Part shown: in pieces, positions 17,956 through 25,495 of the stretch
How the letters are laid out: each line of letters starts with the position of its first letter
Position numbering within the stretch: the first letter of the stretch is position 1
From: a virus
Taxonomy: Duplodnaviria; Caudoviricetes
Direction: 5' to 3' (one strand)
Virus record (IMG/VR): IMGVR_UViG_3300031472_000007
Location: 1-25,526 of that record
Length of the DNA stretch: 25,526 nucleotides
Made by a program: the position numbers and the translations under genes
Notes under the pieces: model-generated
Database searches by the model: none
Told to the model about the DNA's origin: nothing
What the model saw: the letters and a program-made list of their open reading frames with translations, nothing else

Positions 17956-18031
17956 TGTTCTTTCTCCTCTGGCCGCGCGCGGCGGCTATCTCTGTCGTCG
18001 CGCGCCCCAGAAGAGGGTGCACGCTGGTCTG

Positions 18032-19543
18032 CTATATTTCGACGAGGTGCAGGTTGCGCTCATCGTCGCGGCGTCGGGATGCGTCGTCGTCGGCACGCTG
18101 ATGGGCCTCATCGCCGCGGCGCGTCGGTGGCGTCCCACCCGCGGGCATCGTCTGCCGGCCGCCGACCTGATCGGCAACCTGACCGCGCAGGCGCTCCGTC
18201 TCCGTATCGGACTGGCCGGGTGTATCCTTGCCGTACAGGCGCTTCGCCACGGCGTTGCGTTCGCCAATGAACCCAAGCAGGTCATCGGTCGTCATAGAGC
18301 CCATCGCGCGCTCGTGACGTTCCCGGTTATACTCCGCCCCGTAGGCCCGTACACCAGCTTTGTGGTACAGGGCCACGAGGTCAGAGCGATAGCGCGTCCC
18401 GTCCTGCGCCCTGGCCAGCAGGTCGCTCAATCCGGTGTCGTTCTCCACGCCTGCGGTCCGCAGCGCCACGACAAGCGGATGGTCCGCCGCCGGCTGCCGG
18501 TCCTGCTGTTGACGCGACGCGTCATCCGTCGTCGTGCCCGTGCCCGTGCCCGTGCCCGTGCCCGTGCCCGTGCCCGTGCCCGGCGCCTCCCCCTCACCCA
18601 GGGCGTCGTCGAGGACCTGCCGCCGCTCATCATCGACCGCCGCGTCGACCCCGGCCGGTCCGGTTCCGGCCGTCTTCTCTCTCTGCCCCACCACAAACCT
18701 CCCCGTCGTCCGTTTGAGAGCCTGCCAATCGAGAGCGTCCGCCATGTGACGCCCCGTAACGCGGTCAATGTCCACGATATCGGCGTGGCTGAGCACCCCA
18801 CGCGTCACCAGATCGCTCGCCTTCCGTAGCAACTGGGCGCTCGGATTCGACCCGCGCCACACATGTGAATACTCTTTGAGGCCCGCGTCCATCACCGTCG
18901 CCGTCGCTCGATGGCTCTTCGTGCCGTTGTCGCTCGCGATGACCATGCCGGGATAGTGCGTGCAGTCGCTGGAGCGCAGCAAGTTTTGTCCGCACTCGTC
19001 GCAGCGATACCAATATCCGCTCCCCCGCGGCTTTGTATTGCCGAAGCCCACCGACACATCGGGCAGGATGCCCGCGTCGATGGCGCGAATCAGGTCATCG
19101 TTGCTCGTTGACGAGGTCGTGACACCACGCGGTAGATAGTGTGCACTGTAGACGGCCGGCTTGGTCTTGGTGGCGTGTAGCGTCGTGCCTCTGGGCGTCT
19201 TGTAGTCGTCACGCACCACCTGCCCCGCAAACGAGCGGCCAATGGGGAGGTCAATAAAGCCGCTGCCGGCGGCGCCGTGGCTGTTGAGGATCGGCACCCC
19301 CTCCGTTGCGTCCTCGGCAAAGTGGGTGAGCGTCGTATCCGGATCCATCCGCGTGAAGTGTGAATCGACCGACGTGTCACTGGGCCGTGCATCGACGACG
19401 ACAACATCGTGTCGTGTCAGTGTTTTACGCGCATGCCGATTGATGGCTGCTAGTTCTTCATCGCTCGGTTCGCCGTAGGACAACACGTCGCCGCGCGTCA
19501 CGTCGAGGTCGAGCGCCGCTGTCTGATGATCCATCAGTGTCAT
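18032..19543 (-). CDS. Prohead protease fused to scaffold-like C-terminal region
   Basis: Start ATG 19543 (ATGA overlap with the upstream stop), 503 aa. 'L..IN......L', 'D...D....R', 'L.SH......PIGR.F', 'I..GI..DVSVGF', 'C..CG......C.H.PG', 'E.S.V..GS.P.A'; charged helical C-terminus. Confidence 0.8.
   Translation of the reverse strand: MTLMDHQTAALDLDVTRGDVLSYGEPSDEELAAINRHARKTLTRHDVVVVDARPSDTSVDSHFTRMDPDTTLTHFAEDATEGVPILNSHGAAGSGFIDLPIGRSFAGQVVRDDYKTPRGTTLHATKTKPAVYSAHYLPRGVTTSSTSNDDLIRAIDAGILPDVSVGFGNTKPRGSGYWYRCDECGQNLLRSSDCTHYPGMVIASDNGTKSHRATATVMDAGLKEYSHVWRGSNPSAQLLRKASDLVTRGVLSHADIVDIDRVTGRHMADALDWQALKRTTGRFVVGQREKTAGTGPAGVDAAVDDERRQVLDDALGEGEAPGTGTGTGTGTGTGTGTTTDDASRQQQDRQPAADHPLVVALRTAGVENDTGLSDLLARAQDGTRYRSDLVALYHKAGVRAYGAEYNRERHERAMGSMTTDDLLGFIGERNAVAKRLYGKDTPGQSDTETERLRGQVADQVGGRQTMPAGGTPPTRRGDEAHQRADDDASRRRDDERNLHLVEI
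18534..18581. repeat. (GTGCCC)8 in-frame microsatellite encoding (Gly-Thr)8
   Basis: Eight perfect hexamer copies read directly from the sequence. Confidence 0.95.
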
Positions 19544-19764
19544 CGTGTGTGCCCTTCTGGCGTGTGGCCCAGCGCGCGCGTCGTCGGCAAGTGGCCATCG
19601 GACCCCGCACGCGTCGCGATCTTCGTGTCGCACTGAGGACACAGGGTAATACTGTCACCGTCCACCAGAACGCGGACGGGCGCCTGACACACAGGACACG
19701 ACACGCGCTCATGCAACGTCCGCGGCGCGTGCGTCCACGGTGATGCGGGTAGCGTCTCCATCAT
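19540..19764 (-). CDS. Small Zn-ribbon protein (C-x2-C-x15-C-x2-C), Com-like spacing
   Basis: CPVC...CPQC; GGAGGGG RBS; fills the portal-protease gap and is coupled to the protease start. Confidence 0.7.
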   Translation of the reverse strand: MMETLPASPWTHAPRTLHERVSCPVCQAPVRVLVDGDSITLCPQCDTKIATRAGSDGHLPTTRALGHTPEGHTR

Positions 19765-19781
19765 CCCCTCCGCTTCGTTCT

Positions 19782-21287
19782 CTATGGCGTGTGTGGTGGC
19801 CCAGCGGGCGCCGCAGGTTTGTTGTCCGGGATGGGCGTCACAGGCGCGGGCGCAACGGCTTTGCTACCCGTGATCGCGAGTGACGCTTGATCCTGATCGA
19901 TCCATCCCTGGTCGCGCGCATAGGCAGCGTTGGCTTGTTCTTGCGCTTCAGCAACCGCAATTTTACCCCGGTCGTGTAATTCAATCGAATCCCAGATGGG
20001 CTCAATGGTTGCCTGATATCCTTGCAGTCGAAGGGCCACATTGAGCCCCCACGCAAGCAGACGGCCAACAGGGTTACGAAACGCCGCAATGGACGCTGCG
20101 TAAATCTTCATCTCAATGGTCGCGTAAGTCTCGGTATCGCCCAGATGTTCTCCCATCAGCACCGGCAATTGCTTGAGGGCGCTGATGATCTGAGAACGGA
20201 TGATCTGCATCAGCGCCTGCACGTCGAACAGGTTCGACCCGGCTTTGGCGGCGTCGCTATTGACCTTGACGTAATCAGGGTGGACATACGCGTCCTCAGG
20301 GGCCATGCCGTTATAGGCCGCCAACACCTCGCCCATGCGGTCGCGCAGCCAGTTGTTGCGCAATTGGTCGTCCTGGCGCACGTCCTCGGGCATGTAGCGA
20401 TCCATGATCTCCGTCAGCACGCTGAGGTCGATCTTGGGCCAGCCCTGGGCATGGATCACGCGCTGAAGATCACGGAGAACCTGCACCTGAAAGAACACGA
20501 CCTGCAGCACGGGCGCGGCGGGCGCTGAGCCGTACACGTCATCCACGTACGGATCGATGGGTGTATACGAGAACAACTCGGTGTTGAGACGACGATAGGG
20601 CGCGACGCCCGTCCCCCACATCAGACTCTGGCGTTGGAACGGCACGGCCACCTGATTGGCGTCACGTTGGAACCAGATCGTCGAGGGGTTGACCGCGTAC
20701 AGGTCCTCGATGTCGTCCAGCGCGGGCGTGGGCGCCACGTCGAGGCACACCGCGCCCTGCAGATAGGCCGTCATCAAAAGTTGCGTCACCACGGCCCCAA
20801 AGCCGCCCGCCGCCTGATTCACGCGCGCCATCAGGTCGTCGACCAACCCCTGACCCAGGGCGTCGTCCTTGCCCGTGAGCGTCGTCACGTGGAACGTGAG
20901 GGCGTCGCCCGCGATGCGCAGCACATTCCACCGCGCCCGCCCAATATCAGGGTTAAGGTCGGCCAGAATGACCAGTAGTTGACCAGGGTCGAAGGCCTTG
21001 ATGTCGAACGTGGCCGGGTCCAGGTCCTGATACTGCCGGCGCGGAATCAGCGTTAAGGTACCAAGGCCTAAAGGGTTGGTGTTGACGGGGAGAGTTTGAC
21101 GCCCCGCCGCCAGGGCGGGAGCACTCGAAATAGGACCTTGTGGTTGTTTATTGATCGTTGCAGCTGGGATCACAGGGGCGAGAGCGGGGAGTCTATCTGT
21201 CGAAGGATCAGGGTCGCGTACAACAGGGACAGGACGTCGAAACGCCTGGAAGGCCGCACGGATGCGAGAGGCCCACGTCACCGCCAT
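19782..21287 (-). CDS. Portal protein
   Basis: 501 aa after TerL; 'GA...V.......L..V.P.TI.F', 'Y...D...D..YG..P', 'I..ALK..P.L.G....TET.A'; GGAGG RBS. Confidence 0.85.
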   Translation of the reverse strand: MAVTWASRIRAAFQAFRRPVPVVRDPDPSTDRLPALAPVIPAATINKQPQGPISSAPALAAGRQTLPVNTNPLGLGTLTLIPRRQYQDLDPATFDIKAFDPGQLLVILADLNPDIGRARWNVLRIAGDALTFHVTTLTGKDDALGQGLVDDLMARVNQAAGGFGAVVTQLLMTAYLQGAVCLDVAPTPALDDIEDLYAVNPSTIWFQRDANQVAVPFQRQSLMWGTGVAPYRRLNTELFSYTPIDPYVDDVYGSAPAAPVLQVVFFQVQVLRDLQRVIHAQGWPKIDLSVLTEIMDRYMPEDVRQDDQLRNNWLRDRMGEVLAAYNGMAPEDAYVHPDYVKVNSDAAKAGSNLFDVQALMQIIRSQIISALKQLPVLMGEHLGDTETYATIEMKIYAASIAAFRNPVGRLLAWGLNVALRLQGYQATIEPIWDSIELHDRGKIAVAEAQEQANAAYARDQGWIDQDQASLAITGSKAVAPAPVTPIPDNKPAAPAGPPHTP

Positions 21288-21416
21288 AACGTCGGCCTCC
21301 GATCACAGGGCAGCGGTCTTTAGGGTGGCAGTATCATGTGTTGTTGGGCTGCTGCTGTTGCGTCTTTGTGAGCCTTGTTTGCCTGACGCGCGGCCTTCCC
21401 GCCCCGTGATGTCTCT

Positions 21417-22961
21417 CTACGACCGGCGTGGACGACCACTCGTCCATCCACCCGTGGCCGCCAGGCCAGGCGACCACCCAGAGACAACAGGAGGTGGCGC
21501 TGTCCGCACTTGCTCCGCAATAGCATAGGCCATCACGCGGTCATCCTTGAGCTGCCCGCTGGCCTCGGTCTTTCCGCCGTCCTTGACCACATACGTCCGC
21601 GCCTCGCTGATAAAGGCGGCATTATGGAAGGGCCGACGCTCTTTGATAACAACGGCCAAACCATCAATCATGATCGGCTTCGTCTTCGTGTTCGTGGGCC
21701 AGCCCACGCGCTCGGTGGCCCCCTCTGTCGCGTCAAAGTTTTTGTGCTCATACAGATGGCGGTAGCCCTCAATACTCTTAAGAGCCAAGAGCACCGTGCC
21801 GCCATGATTATTCCGCTCGACGCCGAGAATGGCGTTGTTGTAGTGCCGACACACAACAGTCATGTGATGGGCGAACGTTTCGGGTTCCCAGTGCCCGTGC
21901 AGTTCAGCCACATCCTCGCCCGTCCGCCCATCAACGATCACCGCGGCATCGTAATCGCCCTTGGGCAAACCTTCCGCCGTGTCCGCGCCGCACACGTAGC
22001 GCCGTCCCGGTTGCGGCTCCTCCCACACACGGAAGTAGCCGCCGGCGAGGTCGTCAACGCGTGTAGGAGAATGACAGGACGCGACCGCAATGTCATCAAG
22101 GGCCACGTGGTCGAAGCGCGACCGTCCCGAGAGGGCAAACGCACGCGCCGGCGTCGAGGGGTAATCCTGGTGCTTGAACCACTCCTCATAGCCCTGCGTG
22201 TTGCGATCGTACCACGCCTGGTCGCGGCCCGGCCGCACGTCCCACGGCAGAAAAATGCCGTGCATGGCGCCCGGTTCGCCGTTTTCCCAGGCCAGCCACA
22301 ACTCATGGAAGATATCGCCAGCCCCGTTGGCCGTCGAAATGACGAGAATCTTGTTCCCTGCTGAGCGCGCCGTCACCGACGCTGCCTGGAAGATCGCCCG
22401 CGCATACTCCTGATGGGCAAACTCGTCGAGGATCAGGAGTTGGCAGTTGAGGCCGCGCGCACTGCCTTCTGTCGCCACCTGGGGCAAGATACGTGACCCA
22501 TTCACCAACTCAAGCGTCGTCGTCAAGCGCGGGTTACGCAGCGACGCACGTAACCACACGGGGAGGTGATCCCAGGCGATGCGCGTTTTGTTGGCAAACT
22601 CCGTCGCGTGCGGCCCGTCCTGGCTGATAACAATGACCTTATTATGCCCGTGAAAGTTGATCTGCCACAGGGCGTAGGCGGCCGCCAGTTCGGACACGCC
22701 TAACTGGCGGGCCTTGAGCATCACACACTCACGATGCTCGATCCAGGCCACCAACACCGCGCGTTGGTACTCATACAAACGGAACGGAATAACGCCGGCG
22801 CCCGTGTCCGCTTCGACCATGCAGTAGGTGTCGATGAAATAGGCGGGGTCACGCGCGCACCGCCGGCGCTCGTCTTCGCGCCAGGCAATTTCGATGTCAA
22901 GGGTACGGCGTCGATCAGTCAGACTCAGCAAGGGACGCGCGATAGGCGGCAAGCTCGTCAT
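21417..22961 (-). CDS. terL: Terminase large subunit
   Basis: Adenine-binding 'LYEYQ', Walker A 'LKARQLGVS', Walker B 'LLILDEFAH', 'ISTANG', RNase H-like 'YVCGADTAEG...GD', 'VERNNHG', 'DDRVMA.AIA'. Confidence 0.96.
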   Translation of the reverse strand: MTSLPPIARPLLSLTDRRRTLDIEIAWREDERRRCARDPAYFIDTYCMVEADTGAGVIPFRLYEYQRAVLVAWIEHRECVMLKARQLGVSELAAAYALWQINFHGHNKVIVISQDGPHATEFANKTRIAWDHLPVWLRASLRNPRLTTTLELVNGSRILPQVATEGSARGLNCQLLILDEFAHQEYARAIFQAASVTARSAGNKILVISTANGAGDIFHELWLAWENGEPGAMHGIFLPWDVRPGRDQAWYDRNTQGYEEWFKHQDYPSTPARAFALSGRSRFDHVALDDIAVASCHSPTRVDDLAGGYFRVWEEPQPGRRYVCGADTAEGLPKGDYDAAVIVDGRTGEDVAELHGHWEPETFAHHMTVVCRHYNNAILGVERNNHGGTVLLALKSIEGYRHLYEHKNFDATEGATERVGWPTNTKTKPIMIDGLAVVIKERRPFHNAAFISEARTYVVKDGGKTEASGQLKDDRVMAYAIAEQVRTAPPPVVSGWSPGLAATGGWTSGRPRRS

Positions 22962-23379
22962 CCGACATCGCCTTTACATCGACCGGTTGATACGTCTGTG
23001 TTCCATCGGGCGTCACGGGCGCGATCTTCGTCGGCGCGTCCAGCCCCAGCAATTTCCGCCGACTCTCACTCACCCGCAGCGCCCGATCCACGGCCCCCAG
23101 ATCACCTTTCCCTAAGTGCCCCGCGATACTGATGAGCAGGGCGTCCAGGCGCGCTATCTCCAACAGGCGCAGGGCGTCGGCGTCTGTGAGCGCCTCGGCG
23201 CGCAACTCAGTCAGCACCGCCTGCACATCCTCACGCACCGTCTCGTGGCTGACGTTCACCTGTTCCGCAATCATGCGATACGTCGCGCCGTTCTTACGCA
23301 GCGCCCAGACCTGCTGGCGCCGCTGCACGATGCGCTCGTTCTCGCCCGGAAACACCTTCCTCCGTCTTTCTCTTGACAT
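22915..23379 (-). CDS. terS: Terminase small subunit (HTH type)
   Basis: N-terminal HTH 'LR..GATYR.IAEQ..VS..TV..D', 'E..RLD.L', 'RRKLLGLDAP'; overlaps the TerL start. Confidence 0.8.
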   Translation of the reverse strand: MSRERRRKVFPGENERIVQRRQQVWALRKNGATYRMIAEQVNVSHETVREDVQAVLTELRAEALTDADALRLLEIARLDALLISIAGHLGKGDLGAVDRALRVSESRRKLLGLDAPTKIAPVTPDGTQTYQPVDVKAMSDDELAAYRASLAESD

Positions 23380-23402
23380 GCCATATCACCATGCTGTATA
23401 CT
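23373..23402 (+). promoter_or_regulatory. Near-consensus sigma70 promoter for the ASCH gene
   Basis: TTGACA (23373-23378) - 18 nt - TATACT (23397-23402), 50 nt before the ASCH start; the -35 box overlaps the terS start codon. Confidence 0.75.
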
Positions 23403-23452
23403 ATGAGTAGAGACATATGCGCTATCTAGAGCGATGAGCGAGGCAAAGATTG

Positions 23453-23815
23453 ATGAAAGCCTTAACGATGCGGCAGCCTTGGTTATCATTATTGATTGAC
23501 GGCGAAAAGCCATGCGAGTATCGCTCATGGTCCACGTCGTATCGTGGACCTGTCCTATTGCACGCGGGACGGGCACGCGACACGACGATGGATGCGCGTG
23601 TGTGCGACGATGCGCCGCGCGGCGTCATCGTCGCACAGGCCATGCTGGACGCCATCTATCACCTCACCGCCGAGGATGCTGAGGTGCTCACGACAGATCA
23701 CGAAACGCCTGTCGTCGGCGCGTACGCCTGGTGGTTCTCGCGCATCACGCCGTTGCCCCAGCCTATTCCCTATCGAGGGGCGCTGGGTCTGTGGGAAGCC
23801 AGGATACCCCTGTAA
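23453..23815 (+). CDS. ASCH domain protein
   Basis: Signature 'MKALT.RQPW..L...G.K..EYRSW.T.YRGP.L.HA', 'P.G.IV', 'YAW', 'PIP.RG.LGLW'. Confidence 0.92.
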   Translation: MKALTMRQPWLSLLIDGEKPCEYRSWSTSYRGPVLLHAGRARDTTMDARVCDDAPRGVIVAQAMLDAIYHLTAEDAEVLTTDHETPVVGAYAWWFSRITPLPQPIPYRGALGLWEARIPL

Positions 23816-23822
23816 GGGGTAA

Positions 23823-23894
23823 AGCGTGGAGGTGGGAATCGAACCCCCTCAGCTGGACTGGACGCCCAACCTGCAACCAGTACATCATCCACGC
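23823..23894 (-). tRNA. Non-canonical tRNA-Gly(TCC)-like element
   Basis: Minus strand reads GCGTGGA TG ATGT ACTGGTT GCAG G TTGGG CGTCCAG TCCAG CTGA GGGGG TTCGATT CCC(A)CC TCCACGC T. It has a 7-bp acceptor stem, D-loop GG, a 5-bp anticodon stem (two G-U), anticodon TCC at 23862-23860, canonical T-loop and U73. No encoded CCA. Confidence 0.8.
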
Positions 23895-24481
23895 ATGAGC
23901 GCTGTATGAAGCGCGTCAATGCGCGCTTTGACAGCGGGAGTCAGTCCATACGCCAACTTTTGAGTGGGTGTTGTCACCATCTTATGCGAGACACGCCGCT
24001 CCGCGCCTGACCCATAACGGTCATGGAAGGTCTTGATCGACATCTTCTCACCCGTCGTTGTGATCTCCACGGCACTTGGGTTGCGATTGAGTGCAACCAT
24101 CTTCCACCCACACGCGCGATACGCCGTCGCCGCCTCATCCAGGCCGCAATAGGTCAACAGCACACGCAAATGGGGATACTGTCTGGCAATCAACGTGCAG
24201 GACACGCCAAGCGCGCGACTTTCACTATTGCGCGGCGGCGTGTCGTCCACGATCATGCGGCGCAGTTCCAACGCGTCACGCGATCGCAGGCCCAACGCAT
24301 GAACGGCGTTGTTGACGACGGGGCTGCCCCAGGCCAACACCCCATGCAGCTGTCCTTCCCACACGAGACCAAGATAGACACTGCCGGGTTGTGACGCGTT
24401 GCGCTCATGATGCTGATCCATGAAACGCTCAGCTGAGCGGCGCTCAATAGGCGTGAGGCGCAGGCTACCTTTGAGTGACAT
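23885..24481 (-). CDS. Mom-family GNAT-fold DNA adenine-modifying enzyme (Mom-like)
   Basis: 'I....A..F...HH', 'LGL...G.L.GV..WG.P', 'LEL.R....D..P.NSESR.L', 'LLTY', 'AY.A.GW' follow the Mom-family pattern; location just upstream of terminase is typical of phage DNA-modification genes. Confidence 0.82.
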   Translation of the reverse strand: MSLKGSLRLTPIERRSAERFMDQHHERNASQPGSVYLGLVWEGQLHGVLAWGSPVVNNAVHALGLRSRDALELRRMIVDDTPPRNSESRALGVSCTLIARQYPHLRVLLTYCGLDEAATAYRACGWKMVALNRNPSAVEITTTGEKMSIKTFHDRYGSGAERRVSHKMVTTPTQKLAYGLTPAVKARIDALHTALMRG

Positions 24482-25085
24482 CTTTGATGCGCGCCATCAT
24501 CGCCTGACCCAGACTCTCGGGGCTCGGCAAGCGATCACTCCCCAAAAACGCGCACAAGAGGGGCTCGTCGTTGTCGGTGTAGGAGCAACTAAAACGATGC
24601 GTCATCGTCGGTTCAATAACGGGCCACGCCTGCTCCGTGATAGCGCCGCTGTCGGGGACCACGCCTGCTGTCATCGCCAGATCGTCCAGCACGCCCTGAA
24701 GCGCGGCGCTCTGCGTGTCCACCGTGCGCAACAGGTCGCCGACGACCTCGCGTGACGGGACCGCCATCGCCCCGATAGGGTCGAACAGCGCCAACACCTT
24801 GCGCTCTTCGTCGAGGGACAGGTCCACGTACTCCACGGACACAACGGGTTCATCGCGTGACAGAGCCAGCTCGACGCGCAGATGACCGTCGATCAGGTGC
24901 TGGGTGCGCCGATTGACGATGACGCGCTGGACGATGCCCACCTCGTCAATCAAGTCAGAGAGAGCCTCACGCTGCGCCCTGGGATGGATGCGAAAATTAG
25001 AAGGATTTGCGAGTAGATGAGATGGGTCCTCTTCCCCTACACCCACAATCCTATTGCGCCACGACTCGTGTGCCTTGCGTGTCAT
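24465..25085 (-). CDS. ParB/Srx-like N-terminal domain protein (DNA-modification associated type)
   Basis: 'L.ANP.N.R.HP..Q...L...I.EVG....VIVN..T..LIDGHLR...A......V.V.YVDLS..EE...L...D'; GAGGG RBS; overlaps the Mom-like start by 17 nt. Confidence 0.88.
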   Translation of the reverse strand: MTRKAHESWRNRIVGVGEEDPSHLLANPSNFRIHPRAQREALSDLIDEVGIVQRVIVNRRTQHLIDGHLRVELALSRDEPVVSVEYVDLSLDEERKVLALFDPIGAMAVPSREVVGDLLRTVDTQSAALQGVLDDLAMTAGVVPDSGAITEQAWPVIEPTMTHRFSCSYTDNDEPLLCAFLGSDRLPSPESLGQAMMARIKDVTQR

Positions 25086-25127
25086 CCCTCATCCTCTGAC
25101 AACCACTGTTGTCAACCTCCCATGATG

Positions 25128-25370
25128 TCAACCTCGCCCCGCACATGCCCGCGCCTTTGCCTCTGCCTCACGTTGCTGCGCCATCCCGCAATACGTGTGG
25201 TGGCCCGCGCGCTCCTCGTCCCGTCGTCTGTTGTCATTCTGCCGGCGGATGAACGCGCGCCGCTCCCGCTCAGGATCGCACCCGTCACGCACGAGGCCAG
25301 TGAGGCCGTCATCCCTATCCAGGTGAGAGGACGGCGTGTCAATCGGATGACGGGGTACCCGTCGTGGCAT
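25128..25370 (-). CDS. Small hypothetical protein
   Basis: GAGG RBS before ATG 25370 (or GTG 25376); about 80 aa, Arg-rich with HHxxC; first ORF after the promoter and terminator. Confidence 0.45.
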   Translation of the reverse strand: MPRRVPRHPIDTPSSHLDRDDGLTGLVRDGCDPERERRAFIRRQNDNRRRDEERAGHHTYCGMAQQREAEAKARACAGRG

Positions 25371-25400
25371 CGTCACAACCTCACAGGAGAGCAGGCACGC

Positions 25401-25443
25401 AAAAGGGCCACACGTCCGTTATCACTGGACGTGTGGCCCTTTT
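25401..25443. terminator. Strong bidirectional intrinsic terminator
   Basis: Perfect 17-bp inverted repeat AAAAGGGCCACACGTCC (25401-25417) / GGACGTGTGGCCCTTTT (25427-25443), 9-nt loop, T-run on both strands. Confidence 0.85.
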
Positions 25444-25465
25444 TGGGGTGTATCTTTCTAGGGGT

Positions 25466-25495
25466 ACTATACCAGGGCCATCGCTACGGTGTCAA
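25466..25495 (-). promoter_or_regulatory. Putative late-operon promoter
   Basis: Minus strand TTGACA (25495-25490) - 18 nt - TATAGT (25471-25466) with an extended -10 TGn, pointing into the whole structural operon. Confidence 0.75.

Noticed and set aside
17956-18034. Stop read-through or frameshift joining protease/scaffold to the decoration protein
   Set aside because: The downstream gene has its own GAGGAG RBS and is in another frame; no slippery site is evident.
18534-18581. CRISPR array or DGR repeats
   Set aside because: Only short tandem repeats without spacers; no cas or reverse transcriptase gene and no TR/VR pair seen.
23823-23894. tRNA as a host gene or prophage att site
   Set aside because: It is embedded in the late operon, overlaps a phage gene, has non-canonical features, and there is no integrase or duplicated 3' end in the window.
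25112-25342. Alternative 76-aa ORF with a hydrophobic, lipoprotein-like N-terminus
   Set aside because: No convincing RBS; the overlapping 25128-25370 frame has the better start context.
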